NCBI GenBank assembly: GCA_963727895.1 | Contig: CAVSHT010000009.1 | Span: 64,001-128,000 of the forward strand | Length of the DNA stretch: 64,000 nt | DNA from: an uncultured Methanosarcinaceae archaeon | GTDB lineage: Archaea > Halobacteriota > Methanosarcinia > Methanosarcinales > Methanosarcinaceae | Direction of reading: 5' to 3' | Part shown: positions 33,717 through 44,416 of the stretch, piece by piece | How the letters are laid out: every line of letters starts with the position of its first letter | How positions within the stretch are numbered: position 1 is the stretch's first letter | Notes under the pieces: generated by a model | The model's input: the letters and a program-made list of their open reading frames with translations, nothing else | Database searches by the model: none | What the model was told of the DNA's origin: nothing | Translations under genes and position numbers: made by a program

Positions 33717-34559
33717 ATGCCTGCAAAAGTTCCAATTACCGATAATCACATGCACATCGACTTCAGAGCCAAAGGACTTGAAGCCGTAAGGGAATTCAAA
33801 AATTCTGGAGGAACCCATATAATTCTGGTTACCAAACCCAGTTGGTCGCTTGGAATAACGGTAAAAAAGCCGGAAGATTACCTTAAGGTTTTTGATGAAA
33901 CTATTGAGATCGCATCAAAAATTAGGGAGCTGGGAATAGGAGCTTTTCCTGTACTGGGTGTCCACCCGGCAGAAATCTCAAAGCTTACCGAATATATGGA
34001 ACTGCAGGAAGCTACAGAGATTATGAAAAAAGTTCTCAAGCTTGCTTCAGGCTATGTGGAAAAGGGACTAGCTGTGGGTATAAAATCAGGACGCCCTCAT
34101 TACCCAGTTCCTCCTGAAGTATGGGAAGCTTCAAATGATGTAATGGAATACGCTTTTTCTCTGGGAAAGGAACAGGACTGTGCGGTTCAGCTTCATACAG
34201 AAGACGTGGGAGAGCCTGAACTTAGGGATATAGCAGAGAGAGCAAGAAAAATAGGCATAAAAATGCATAGAGTTGTTAAACACTATTCTCCACCTTTAGT
34301 AAATCTCTGTGAAGAGCTTGGACTTTTCCCAGGAGTGATTTCGGTCAAAGGAGCAATTGAACACGCAATTGAAGAAGGTACCCGGTTCATGATGGAAACG
34401 GATTATATTGACGATCCTGACAGACCAGGTGCAGTACTCGGCCCGAAAACAATTCCCCGAAGAACAAAAAAACTCATGGAAATATACGGGGAAGAACCTT
34501 TCTGGATAATTCATAAGGAAAATCCTGAAAAAGTATATGATATCGAAATTGAGATTTAA
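33717..34559 (+). CDS. TatD-related metal-dependent hydrolase
   Basis: DNHMH, GVHP, GRPHY, LHTE, ETDY.DD..RPG. Confidence 0.85.
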   Translation: MPAKVPITDNHMHIDFRAKGLEAVREFKNSGGTHIILVTKPSWSLGITVKKPEDYLKVFDETIEIASKIRELGIGAFPVLGVHPAEISKLTEYMELQEATEIMKKVLKLASGYVEKGLAVGIKSGRPHYPVPPEVWEASNDVMEYAFSLGKEQDCAVQLHTEDVGEPELRDIAERARKIGIKMHRVVKHYSPPLVNLCEELGLFPGVISVKGAIEHAIEEGTRFMMETDYIDDPDRPGAVLGPKTIPRRTKKLMEIYGEEPFWIIHKENPEKVYDIEIEI

Positions 34560-34800
34560 AGCCTTTCAGAAAAAGAAAATCAGATATAAGATTAAATAAC
34601 ATAATTTCGAGAACGAATAACTACAAGAAGAATTTAAAGAAAATAATCGATTTAGAACCATAACAGCTAAGACGGAGACTATGCTCTCCATCTAAACCCT
34701 CTGTTGTTTCCGGAAAGGGAAAACTGTCGGAAACCAAAGTATTGCTGCCGGAACATAGCCTACAGTTAAGATTTCCATTTTTCATTTTCTACTTTGAAAC

Positions 34801-35286
34801 TTACTTTCTCTTTATTTTCACTATATCTCCTAGAGTTGTGTCTTTCTTTAAATGAGAAACTTCCTGCCCTGAGCCCTCCAAACGTTCGGTAAGTTTGATG
34901 TTAAGAGCGTGTTCAATTTTCTTTCGGACGGAATCTTCTGGTACGATCTCACTGCGTTCTATTTTTCTGATAAGAGATGCTTTTTCCTTGATGTTTTCAG
35001 CTAGATCCTCCTGAGACCAGCCTTTCGCTTCTCTGGCATCCCGTATGATATGATCATAGTTATCCAGGAGTTCATCTTTCAAGATGTCGAAAAAATCCTT
35101 TTTTGGCCTATTTTCTGTTCTTGTTACCACACGAGCTACCGGAGAGATTTTTCTTGATACAGGAGTTCGCTTATCGACAGGTTTACCATACGGAGCACAT
35201 TTTTGGCAGACTTGTAGTTCACTGTTATCAATTGTAATGCATATAGGATTTCCGTGAATCTCTGCACCACATATTTCGCACTGCAT
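34801..35286 (-). CDS. mbf1: Archaeal multiprotein bridging factor aMBF1
   Basis: CEICG...VC..C zinc ribbon, HTH ([13 protein letters not shown]), TLGD. Confidence 0.9.
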   Translation of the reverse strand: MQCEICGAEIHGNPICITIDNSELQVCQKCAPYGKPVDKRTPVSRKISPVARVVTRTENRPKKDFFDILKDELLDNYDHIIRDAREAKGWSQEDLAENIKEKASLIRKIERSEIVPEDSVRKKIEHALNIKLTERLEGSGQEVSHLKKDTTLGDIVKIKRK

Positions 35287-35343
35287 GTTGATCACTTCGA
35301 AAACGCTATATACGGTACGAACTTAAATATTATTCGGAGCTCC

Positions 35344-36642
35344 ATGACGGAAAGTACCAGAAGTAAGGATGAAATCATGCGCAGTCACCTTGGTAAGTCC
35401 GAACCTATGTATGACGGAATAGAACCTGGAGAGCTGGGGGAAGTAACTGAAAGCGCCCAGGATCGAATGAGGCAACTTGAAAGCCGAAATAGTTTTCTGG
35501 AAGAGCAATGCAGCCAGATTGAGTCCGAAAAGCGTTATCTGGAAAATCAAAAGATAAAGTATGAACGGGAAATAAGAAAGCTGCAATCTGAGCTCGATCG
35601 GATGAAGACCTCTCCGCTCATCATCGGGACGGTCATTGATGTAATTAAGAACGATAGGATAATTGTTCGGAGTAGCAACGGACCTCAGTTTCTGGTTAAT
35701 GTCTCACAATATATAGATGAGAAAAAATTGCTTCCAGGAGCAAAGGTTGCCCTGAACCAACATACGCTTGCCATTGCCGAGGTAATTCCTTCTACGGAGG
35801 AACCTTTTGTTGCTGCAATGGAGGTCCTCGAAAGTGTAGAAGTGGACTATGACCAGATAGGTGGTCTCGATGAGCAAATACAAGAACTTCAGGAAGCAGT
35901 AGAACTTCCTCTTATTGAACCCGAACGTTTTGCTCGGATAGGTATCGAGCCTCCCAAGGGAGTTCTTCTATATGGACTTCCAGGAACAGGTAAAACCCTG
36001 CTCGCAAAGGCCGTGGCTCATAGAACGAATGCAACTTTTATAAGAGTTGTAGGTTCTGAGCTAGTGCAGAAATATATCGGCGACGGTTCCAAACTTGTAA
36101 GGGAAATATTCGAAATGGCACGGAAAAAAGCCCCAAGTATCATCTTCATTGATGAACTTGATTCAATTGCTGCAAGACGTTTGAATGAGACAACTGGCGC
36201 AGATCGTGAGGTTCAGAGGACTCTCATGCAGTTGCTGGCGGAGATGGATGGATTTGATAAAAGGAAAAATATCAGAATAGTTGCAGCAACAAACCGTCCT
36301 GATGTACTTGATCCGGCAATTATGAGACCAGGTCGCTTTGACAGGCTTGTCCATGTTCCTATGCCTGGAATAGAAGCAAGAGGGAAGATTATCCAGATTC
36401 ACTGCGAAAAAATGACTCTTTCAGGAAATATAGACTTTTTGAGGCTTGCAAAGGCTACAGAGGGAATGAGTGGCGCAGATCTAAAAGCGATTGCAACTGA
36501 AGCAGGTATGTTTGCGGTTAGGAAAGACAAAGATGTGATTGAGATGGAGGATTTCCTCGAAGCAGTGGATAAGGTATCTATGGCTGCTGATACGCAGAAG
36601 ATGATGTCTACAAGTCTCCCTGAAACAACTATGTTTGTGTAA
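35344..36642 (+). CDS. pan: Proteasome-activating nucleotidase
   Basis: Coiled coil, [27 protein letters not shown]. Confidence 0.95.
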   Translation: MTESTRSKDEIMRSHLGKSEPMYDGIEPGELGEVTESAQDRMRQLESRNSFLEEQCSQIESEKRYLENQKIKYEREIRKLQSELDRMKTSPLIIGTVIDVIKNDRIIVRSSNGPQFLVNVSQYIDEKKLLPGAKVALNQHTLAIAEVIPSTEEPFVAAMEVLESVEVDYDQIGGLDEQIQELQEAVELPLIEPERFARIGIEPPKGVLLYGLPGTGKTLLAKAVAHRTNATFIRVVGSELVQKYIGDGSKLVREIFEMARKKAPSIIFIDELDSIAARRLNETTGADREVQRTLMQLLAEMDGFDKRKNIRIVAATNRPDVLDPAIMRPGRFDRLVHVPMPGIEARGKIIQIHCEKMTLSGNIDFLRLAKATEGMSGADLKAIATEAGMFAVRKDKDVIEMEDFLEAVDKVSMAADTQKMMSTSLPETTMFV

Positions 36643-36660
36643 ATTCATAACAAATAGAGC

Positions 36661-36690
36661 GCCCCTTAAGGGGCTTATTTTTGTTTTGGG
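36661..36690 (+). terminator. Hairpin plus T tract after pan
   Basis: GCCCCTTAAGGGGC followed by T runs. Confidence 0.5.
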
Positions 36691-36790
36691 TTTTCACAGA
36701 AAGTTGATGTTTTTCCTGAAAAGTTTTTGTTAGCATGTATTGAATCGAAACCAACAAACTATTTTTGTAATTATTACCTAAAGATAACCT

Positions 36791-37375
36791 GTGAATTCAG
36801 ATTTTCATATCAAGCCTGAAATTCGAATTATGGGTATAGATGATTCAGCGCTCTTTAATGAAAAGGTAATGATAGTTGGAGCTATTTTTCGGGGTGGAGA
36901 CTGGATTGATGGGGTTCTTCGTTCAGAGATCACAAAGGATGGACTTGATGCTACTGAGATTATTTGTAATATGATAAATACGAGTAGACATCATAGCCAA
37001 ATAAGAGTGGTAATTCTTGACGGAATTACTTATGGTGGTTTTAATGTTGTAGATATACAGGTACTTTATAGGAAAACTGGAGTTCCTGTAATTGTAATTA
37101 TGCGTTCCTATCCCGATTTCGAAAAAATTAAATCCGCTCTCAAAAACTTCCCTGATGGGGATGATCGCTGGGAAATAATAAAAAGAGCCGGAGATATTGA
37201 AAAAATATCCGGTGAAAAAAACTCCGTTTATATCCAAAGAGCAGGGATTGGCCTAGAAACTGTGAAAAAAATCATTCAACTTACTTCAATAAGAAGTAAT
37301 ATTCCTGAACCTTTAAGAGTTGCCCACCTAATTGCAACAGGTATTATTATGGGAGAATCTAGAAGAAAAGCGTAA
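36791..37375 (+). CDS. DUF99 (endonuclease V-like fold) protein
   Basis: GIDDS, DG.DAT, LDGIT.GGFNVVD, PEPLRVAH. Confidence 0.85.
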   Translation: MNSDFHIKPEIRIMGIDDSALFNEKVMIVGAIFRGGDWIDGVLRSEITKDGLDATEIICNMINTSRHHSQIRVVILDGITYGGFNVVDIQVLYRKTGVPVIVIMRSYPDFEKIKSALKNFPDGDDRWEIIKRAGDIEKISGEKNSVYIQRAGIGLETVKKIIQLTSIRSNIPEPLRVAHLIATGIIMGESRRKA

Positions 37376-37795
37376 GACGTTGAATTTTATATAAAGTTGG
37401 TATAAAACAGTGTATAAATTAAGGATTCCGAAAACTAAGGAGTTAGAGTGCTTTTTTAAGTAACAGGTACAGGTTGGAGTAAAGGGAAAGGTAGAAATAT
37501 AGTGATGATTTTCAAAAAATAAAAAATTAACGATTTTTAGCCTAAAAATTAAAGAAGATTGGGACGAAGGAAATATAAAATAGGAAATAAAACCAGGCGA
37601 TAAAAGCTGTGAATACGAAAAATTTGAGGTTAGGCAGCAAATAGAAGAATTTAATTAAATTATTAAACCAATACATTATAAGTTTAAAGACTGAAACAGG
37701 AAAACTATTAAATTGGAAACTGTATATGTGGATTAAAATATACGTGTCCCTTTAACATTTATCTTTAAATTAGCCATTAAATATTACCCCATAGG

Positions 37796-38938
37796 ATGGA
37801 GGAAAACAGTATTATGAGATCCATTGTGGAAGAAGCCCTTGCTCGATCTGCCCTGGAAGGACGTACCGGGCAGAAGGAGTACTCAAACTCAGATTACTCT
37901 AATGTAGATTCAGACGTTGATGCTGAACTTGAAGAGATTCTTAGAAACCTTAAAACAACTATCAAAGTGGTAGGTTGCGGAGGCGGCGGATCAAACAGCA
38001 TCCAGCGGATGATGGGTGAAGGAATACAGGGAGCTGACCTCGTTGCCTTGAATACAGATGCTCAGCACCTTCTTCATATACGCTCCGGCAAAAAAATTCT
38101 TATCGGGAAAAAGAAAACTCGTGGACTTGGAGCCGGTAGCCTTCCTCAGATAGGAGAAGATGCTGCAGTTGAGAGTATTGACGAAATTAACAAAGTTGTC
38201 GAAGGCTCTGATATGGTCTTTATTACAGCAGGCCTTGGAGGAGGAACTGGTACTGGATCGGCACCTGTTGTAGCCGAGGCTGCTAGAGACGCAGGAGCTC
38301 TTACTATTGCAGTAGTCACTCTGCCTTTTAGTGTTGAAGGTCATGTTCGAAGAACTAATGCAGAAGCGGGTCTTGAACGCCTTAGAGATGTTGCAGACAC
38401 AGTAATAGTAGTTCCCAACGATAAACTGATAGAAGTAGTTCCAAGACTCCCGCTTCAGGCTGCCTTCAAAGTATCAGATGAAGTACTTATGAGGGCTGTA
38501 AAAGGTATAACTGAACTAATCACAAAACCCGGACTTGTAAACCTTGACTTTGCAGATATCCGAACTGTTATGCAGAATGGAGGCGTTGCAATGATAGGAC
38601 TTGGGGAGTCCGATGGAGAGAACAAAGCTGTAGAATCTGTACAGAAAGCCTTACGTAGCCCACTTCTTGATGTGGATATTTCTGGTGCTACCTCCGCTCT
38701 TGTTAATGTAGTCGGTGGCCCTGATATGACAATTTCTGAAGCTGAGTCTGTAGTTCAAGAGGTTTACAATAGAATAGACGCTAATGCCCGCCTGATATGG
38801 GGTGCCCAGGTTGACCCTGACCTCGAACAGACTGTGCGTACTATGATAGTGGTTACAGGAGTAACATCAGCCCAGATTTATGGTCATGGAAATGACAAGG
38901 AGATTACCTATAAATATGGAATTGATTTTGTAGAGTAA
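37796..38938 (+). CDS. ftsZ: Cell division protein FtsZ
   Basis: GGGGSN, NTDAQ, GGGTGTG, NLDFAD. Confidence 0.97.
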   Translation: MEENSIMRSIVEEALARSALEGRTGQKEYSNSDYSNVDSDVDAELEEILRNLKTTIKVVGCGGGGSNSIQRMMGEGIQGADLVALNTDAQHLLHIRSGKKILIGKKKTRGLGAGSLPQIGEDAAVESIDEINKVVEGSDMVFITAGLGGGTGTGSAPVVAEAARDAGALTIAVVTLPFSVEGHVRRTNAEAGLERLRDVADTVIVVPNDKLIEVVPRLPLQAAFKVSDEVLMRAVKGITELITKPGLVNLDFADIRTVMQNGGVAMIGLGESDGENKAVESVQKALRSPLLDVDISGATSALVNVVGGPDMTISEAESVVQEVYNRIDANARLIWGAQVDPDLEQTVRTMIVVTGVTSAQIYGHGNDKEITYKYGIDFVE

Positions 38939-39349
38939 TCAAAGAAGAGACAAAAGGGACTGAAATCTTCGGTTGGAACAAAATACTGTTTTCCGTTCTT
39001 AAAAATAAGTATAAGGAATCGGAAAAACCAATCGAAAACTATTTTTATGGTAACTGCTGTATGATGCCGATACACTTTGGCATCAAAAAAACAAATATTG
39101 CTACTGACGCAATTAAAGATTTGGAATTAATATCGATTTCAGCATCAAAATCTCATGACGTTTTAAAGTCGTGTCAATGATATCTTCATATAATAGGAAT
39201 TAATAATATAATCCGCCCGTTCCTTCCGTAATAGAAATCTGGAAATTATATGCATAAATAAAGAGAATTTCAGGAATAAAAAGAATATAGGAAGGACTGT
39301 AGGCAAAAATTCAAGATAAATAAAAGAAATAAGAAAACCTGGATGTGAA

Positions 39350-39568
39350 TTGATGGTAGAATCCACGTTTGAACCGAAAGAAGCTGTACAAAGCGTTGGT
39401 CAGGTAATCCGGTCATACCTGAGAGTCCTGAAACTTACTAAAAAACCGTCCAGGGAAGAGTTCTTGACCATTGCCAAGGTTGCAGGTATTGGCATTCTGG
39501 CTGTGGGAGCAATAGGATTCATAATATATGTACTGTTGACAATGTTGCCCCAGTGGGTGGCCAAATGA
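39350..39568 (+). CDS. secE: Protein translocase SecE/Sec61-gamma
   Basis: RVLKL..KP..EEF plus one TM helix; conserved synteny. Confidence 0.92.
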   Translation: MMVESTFEPKEAVQSVGQVIRSYLRVLKLTKKPSREEFLTIAKVAGIGILAVGAIGFIIYVLLTMLPQWVAK

Positions 39569-40023
39569 GTGAGGATTCCCAGATATTTGTAATCAAGACC
39601 ACAGCGAATCAGGAAAGATCGGTTGCAGTAGCTCTTTCCAGAGTTTCAAAAAAAGAAAAACTGGATATAAGGGCGATTCTAGCTCCTGATGAGCTAAAAG
39701 GATATGTCCTTGTTGAGGCTCCGAAATCTGGAATCATAGAGCTGGCAATCCAGACTATTCCCCATGCACGAGCTCTTGTCAAAGGGAGCTCATCAATTGC
39801 TGAAATTGAGCACTTCCTTAAACCCAAACCGACAGTGACAGGAATAAAGGAAGGGGCTATAATTGAGGTTACTTCAGGACCCTTTAAGGGGGAGAAAGCC
39901 CGGGTTAAAAGAGTTGATGAAGGGCACGAGGAAATTACTGTGGAACTATTCGATGCTGTGGTTCCGATTCCCATCACGATTCGTGGAGACACTGTAAGAA
40001 TAATCAAAAAAGAGATAGAGTGA
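39565..40023 (+). CDS. spt5: Transcription elongation factor Spt5/NusG
   Basis: NGN domain (QE, KGYV.VE) plus KOW (GPFKG..A.V). Confidence 0.95.
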   Translation: MSEDSQIFVIKTTANQERSVAVALSRVSKKEKLDIRAILAPDELKGYVLVEAPKSGIIELAIQTIPHARALVKGSSSIAEIEHFLKPKPTVTGIKEGAIIEVTSGPFKGEKARVKRVDEGHEEITVELFDAVVPIPITIRGDTVRIIKKEIE

Positions 40024-40148
40024 CACTACGACGAGATGGAATAATACCTCAAAATTCCAGCTTATTAACAAATAAAATCACCAGTACTCAGAGTAGATTG
40101 AAACATATCTGCAATTTTTATAGTATTATTAAAATCGGTGAGACTTAA

Positions 40149-40634
40149 ATGACAAGTATTGTTGAAGCACTTGTCCCAGGAGGAAAAGCAAATCCTGGAC
40201 CACCTTTAGGTCCAGCGCTTGGTCCACTTGGGGTCAACATAAAAGAAGTAGTAGAAAAGATCAATGAGAAGACTAGGGACTACAACGGAATGCAGGTTCC
40301 TGTTAAAGTAATCGTTGATGATAAGAAGAACGTCGAGATCGAAGTGGGTACCCCACCAACTGCATCTCTTATTATGAAAGAGTTAGGGATTCAGAAAGGA
40401 TCAGGAAATGCAGGTAGCGAAGTTGTTGGAAACATCACTATTCAGCAAGTCGCAAAAATTGCTCGCATGAAAAAGGAAGATGTACTGTCCTACGATCTTA
40501 AGGCAACTATGAAAGAGGTTATGGGCACCTGCGTCCCTATGGGCGTGACTGTAGAGGGAGCTAAGGCACAAAAAAGCCAGACGGCACTTGATCAAGGCAA
40601 ATTCGACGATCAACTTGCCGGTGAGGCTTGGTAA
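40149..40634 (+). CDS. rpl11: 50S ribosomal protein L11
   Basis: GKA.PGPPLGPALG. Confidence 0.97.
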   Translation: MTSIVEALVPGGKANPGPPLGPALGPLGVNIKEVVEKINEKTRDYNGMQVPVKVIVDDKKNVEIEVGTPPTASLIMKELGIQKGSGNAGSEVVGNITIQQVAKIARMKKEDVLSYDLKATMKEVMGTCVPMGVTVEGAKAQKSQTALDQGKFDDQLAGEAW

Positions 40635-40814
40635 GCCTTCAAACTCCTTAATTTAAATCCGGGATATAATTACCACCAATAGTTTTAAATTGAATAGCAC
40701 TAATAGCTCAAAAGCCTTGCACATAGTTGCAATAAATTAAAAAAGATAGTTATTAGTAGCGGTTTATCGTTAAGAATAATATAACTCGGATTTATGGGGA
40801 AGCCCTAATACCAA

Positions 40815-40870
40815 CCGTAGTAAGCCTAAAAGGCTGCTTGAACAATTAAGTTCAAACACTACGGGGAGGA
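40815..40870 (+). promoter_or_regulatory. Structured leader (three-way junction) upstream of rpl1
   Basis: CCGTAGT/ACTACGG stem enclosing AGCCT/AGGCT and TTGAAC/GTTCAA hairpins, abutting SD GGGAGG. Confidence 0.55.
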
Positions 40871-40875
40871 ACTAT

Positions 40876-41517
40876 ATGGCAGAAAAAACTATATTGGAAG
40901 CTGTCAAGAAAGTACTTGAGGAATCACCAAAGCGCAATTTCTCTGAAAGCGTGGATATGGCGATTAACTTAAAGAATCTTGACATGAACCAACCGAAAAA
41001 CAGAGTCGATGAAGAAGTGATTCTTCCTCACGGGCTCGGAAAAGAACTAAAGATCGGTGTTTTTGCAAAAGGCGATGTAGGCTTGAAAGCAAAGGCTGCC
41101 GGTGCTGCATATGTTATTTCTGATGTTGAGCTCGATGAACTGGCCGCTGACAAAAATAAAGCCAGGATTCTTGCAAATGAATGTGACCTTTTTATCGCAG
41201 AAACCCAGTTCATGCCAATAATTGGTAAGAACCTTGGAATTGTTCTTGGACCTAGAGGGAAAATGCCTATTCCACTCTTACCTAACAAGGACATAGGCGA
41301 ACTCATTCAGAGCAAGCAAAATGCGATAAGGTTGAGGTCAAAAGACAAGCTTACTTTCCATGTGCCTGTCGGCCGAAGGAACATGAGCCCAGAAGACCTC
41401 GCCGAAAATGTCGAGACTATAGTTGCCAGACTAGAGCGTGTCTTAGATAAGGGTAAACACAACGTGAGAACAGTCTATGTAACGACAACTATGGGAAAAT
41501 CCGAAAGGGTGGTGTAA
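40876..41517 (+). CDS. rpl1: 50S ribosomal protein L1
   Basis: RNF.ESVD, LGPRGKMP, TTMG. Confidence 0.97.
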   Translation: MAEKTILEAVKKVLEESPKRNFSESVDMAINLKNLDMNQPKNRVDEEVILPHGLGKELKIGVFAKGDVGLKAKAAGAAYVISDVELDELAADKNKARILANECDLFIAETQFMPIIGKNLGIVLGPRGKMPIPLLPNKDIGELIQSKQNAIRLRSKDKLTFHVPVGRRNMSPEDLAENVETIVARLERVLDKGKHNVRTVYVTTTMGKSERVV

Positions 41518-42558
41518 ATGGCAGAGGAAAGACATCACACTGAGCATGTCCCGCAATGGAAAAAGGATGAGATCGAAAATATAAAAGAACTCATTCAGTC
41601 CCATAAGGTCTTTGGAATGGTTGGAATCGAGGGCATTCTTGCAGCCAAGATCCAAACAATTCGTCGCGACCTTAAAGACGTTGCAGTGCTCAAAGTCTCC
41701 AGGAACACCCTTACAGAGCGGGCTTTTAACCAGCTCGGAGAAAAAATTCCCGAGATGGGTAAATACCTTGATAAGCAGACTGCTCTGGTATTTACTAATG
41801 AAAGTCCTTTCAAGCTTTACAAAATACTTGAACAGACAAAAACTCCATCTCCAATTAAAGGAGGTGCAATAGCTCCTGTGGATATTATTGTCCAGAAGGG
41901 GCCTACCAGTTTCCCACCTGGACCGATTCTCGGAGAATTCCAGAGTGCAGGAATTCCCGCTGCAATAGACGCAGGGAAAGTTGCAGTAAAGGAAACTAAG
42001 ATTGTCTGTAAAGCAGGTGATGTGGTTCCACAGAAGCTCGCAACTATGCTCACAAAGCTTGAGATATACCCTCTCATTGTAGGACTGGACTTAAGAGCCG
42101 CCTATGACGATGGGATGATTTACGAGCCGGAACTCCTTGCAATTGACGAAGACCAATACTTCTCTGACATTATCAGAGCAGCTCAGAACGCTTTCAATCT
42201 CTCTGTCAACACTGCGTATCCGACAAGCGCAACAATTGACACTCTGCTGGCAAAAGCCTTTGCAGAATCAAAGAACCTTGGTGTCAATGCTGTCGTGTTT
42301 GATTCTGGAGTCATGGACACTCTGCTGGCAAAAGCTCATGTCCAGATGACATCCGTTGCATCCAAAGCCGCAGACAAAGATGCAGATGCTGTGGATGATG
42401 ACCTGAGAGATGTTCTCGGAGCAGCTGCAAATGCAGCCGCCGCAGTAGCTAAGGAACCTGAGAAGAAAGAAGAAGTAAAGGAAGAAGAGGAAGAAGAGAA
42501 AGAAGATGACCACACCGAAGAAGACGGAATGGCCGGTCTTGGAGCTCTTTTCGGATAA
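41518..42558 (+). CDS. rpl10: 50S ribosomal protein L10 (P0)
   Basis: PQWK, SRNTL, GPT.FPPGP, acidic tail GLGALFG. Confidence 0.97.
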   Translation: MAEERHHTEHVPQWKKDEIENIKELIQSHKVFGMVGIEGILAAKIQTIRRDLKDVAVLKVSRNTLTERAFNQLGEKIPEMGKYLDKQTALVFTNESPFKLYKILEQTKTPSPIKGGAIAPVDIIVQKGPTSFPPGPILGEFQSAGIPAAIDAGKVAVKETKIVCKAGDVVPQKLATMLTKLEIYPLIVGLDLRAAYDDGMIYEPELLAIDEDQYFSDIIRAAQNAFNLSVNTAYPTSATIDTLLAKAFAESKNLGVNAVVFDSGVMDTLLAKAHVQMTSVASKAADKDADAVDDDLRDVLGAAANAAAAVAKEPEKKEEVKEEEEEEKEDDHTEEDGMAGLGALFG

Positions 42559-42594
42559 AAAATATACTTACGATAATTTAAATTTAGGTGATCA

Positions 42595-42915
42595 ATGATG
42601 GAATACATATATGCAGCTCTTTTATTGCACAACGCTGGTAAAGCAATTAACGAAGAAGCAGTCACTGCCGTTCTCAAGGCAGCAGGTGTAGAAGTTAACG
42701 AAGCTAGAGTAAAAGCCCTTGTCGCAGCCCTTGAAGGCGTAGACATTGAAGAAGCAATCTCAAAGGCAGCATTTGCAGCTCCTGCAGCCGCCGCAGCTCC
42801 TGCAGCCGCCGCAGCTACCCCTGCCGCAGAAGAAGCTCCTGCCGAAGAAGAAGAGAAAGAAGATGAACATGCCGAAGAAGACGGAATGGCCGGCCTCGGT
42901 GCCCTCTTCGGATAA
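42595..42915 (+). CDS. rpl12: 50S ribosomal protein P1 (aL12)
   Basis: [11 protein letters not shown], Ala-rich hinge, GLGALFG. Confidence 0.97.
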   Translation: MMEYIYAALLLHNAGKAINEEAVTAVLKAAGVEVNEARVKALVAALEGVDIEEAISKAAFAAPAAAAAPAAAAATPAAEEAPAEEEEKEDEHAEEDGMAGLGALFG

Positions 42916-42941
42916 ACACAAATCAAATCTTTAATAACATG

Positions 42942-42968
42942 GCTCGCCATAAGGCGAGCATTTTTTTA
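42942..42968 (+). terminator. Hairpin plus T tract ending the ribosomal operon
   Basis: GCTCGCC-ATAA-GGCGAGC-ATTTTTTT. Confidence 0.7.
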
Positions 42969-43201
42969 AATTTTAGTTACTCTTTAGTTCGAAGTTTCAG
43001 TTATCTAATTCACTTTTTCCTGAGGCTTCGTGAGAATCCTTTTAATTTGTTTTTCAAAACTTTTAAATCTTATTTTGTCACTTAACTTTTTAATGACAGG
43101 ATTTTACAAATACAAGCAGACAGGTTATATTTATTAACTATGTAGACGTTCTTTATTGAAGTATAGTAAAAGATCCTTATTCTACAAGATAAACGATTTT
43201 T

Positions 43202-44194
43202 ATGTCCCGATTTAATCCAATCCTGGCTTTAAGGGCTCTTTGGCAAATTCGAGTACAAAAACGTCCTTTTGTGATGTCACATGGCGTAAATGCTCGCTGC
43301 AATATGCGCTGTAAATTCTGTGAGTACTGGAAGGAAACTGGAGAAGAGCCGACTAAAGAAGAGATTTTTAAATTGTTAGACGACGCAAAAGAATTTGGAA
43401 TAGGAGTCTACAATGCCTGGACTGTAGAACCTCTTCTTAGAGAAGATCTACCCCAAATTATGGCACATGCCAAAGAACTTGGAATGATCACTTCCATGGT
43501 CACAAATGGAAAACTGCTCTATGAAAGAGCAGAAGAGTTGAAGGACGTGGACTTTCTTTCAGTGTCAGTAGATGGGATAGAAAGTTATAAAGAAATTCGT
43601 AAGATGGACTTTGAAACTCTGCTGAAAGGCTTAAAAAAAGCCATTGAAGTGAGAAAGATCCAAAAAAATAGGAATCCTATTTTGATGAACTGTGTACTCA
43701 CAGGAAAAAATCTGGACGATATCGAGACTCTGATATTACTTGCAAAAAAGCTGGGAGTAAAAGTTTCATTTGAACCTGTCCATGAGTTTCCAGGTATCAG
43801 TGAGGAGATCTGGAACGAAATTGGAATCCGTGATATGGAAAAATTCCGCAAAACAGTTGACCGCATAATAGAATTTAAGAAACAACATTACCCTATAATT
43901 AATTCCATAACATACCTCAAAATGGTTCGAGACGGAGAAATGGACTATAAATGCAGAGCCAGTGGAGTTATTATAAATGTGACACACGACGGCACTCTGG
44001 AAACCTGCCGTGTACATAATGAACCCCTTGGAAATGTGATATGGGACGGCTTCGAAAGTGTCTGGGAAAACTCGGAAGAACACAGAAAGGAAATTGTCAA
44101 AAATTGCAGTGGCTGCCTTTTTTTTGGATATACGGAAAACAGTTTGATGCAGAGCTTTAATCCTGAAGTTCTGATGCATTACGAGTGGATGTAA
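43202..44194 (+). CDS. Radical SAM protein with C-terminal SPASM/twitch-like Cys domain
   Basis: CNMRCKFC, EPLLR, TNG, SVDG, C-terminal C..C. Confidence 0.88.
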   Translation: MSRFNPILALRALWQIRVQKRPFVMSHGVNARCNMRCKFCEYWKETGEEPTKEEIFKLLDDAKEFGIGVYNAWTVEPLLREDLPQIMAHAKELGMITSMVTNGKLLYERAEELKDVDFLSVSVDGIESYKEIRKMDFETLLKGLKKAIEVRKIQKNRNPILMNCVLTGKNLDDIETLILLAKKLGVKVSFEPVHEFPGISEEIWNEIGIRDMEKFRKTVDRIIEFKKQHYPIINSITYLKMVRDGEMDYKCRASGVIINVTHDGTLETCRVHNEPLGNVIWDGFESVWENSEEHRKEIVKNCSGCLFFGYTENSLMQSFNPEVLMHYEWM

Positions 44195-44416
44195 ATCCCG
44201 AGTCCCGTCTCGGGAGGACGGCGCCCTTTTCGCTCACTTCGTTCGCTCAAGAGGACTGAACCCGGGGGCAAGAAAAGATATTTTTTAAATTTAGAGCGCT
44301 CAGCACCTCAGTCCCCAGCACCTCAGTCCCGGCGGCTTCGCACGCTTCGTGCCTTCGGGCTTCGCCGAAAAATTACCTACTCCCAAAGCAGTGTAAAGTG
44401 GTAAAGTCGAAAGTGG
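44195..44416. repeat. GC-rich intergenic palindrome and tandem-repeat cluster
   Basis: 15-bp tandem CAGCACCTCAGTCCC x2 (44301-44330), GCACG-CTT-CGTGC hairpin, repeated AAAGTG. Confidence 0.6.

Noticed and set aside
42336..42950. 204-aa Ala/Ser-rich antisense ORF and the repeat shared by rpl10 and rpl12 3' ends
   Set aside because: Shadow of low-complexity P0/P1 tails; their shared C-terminus is well known
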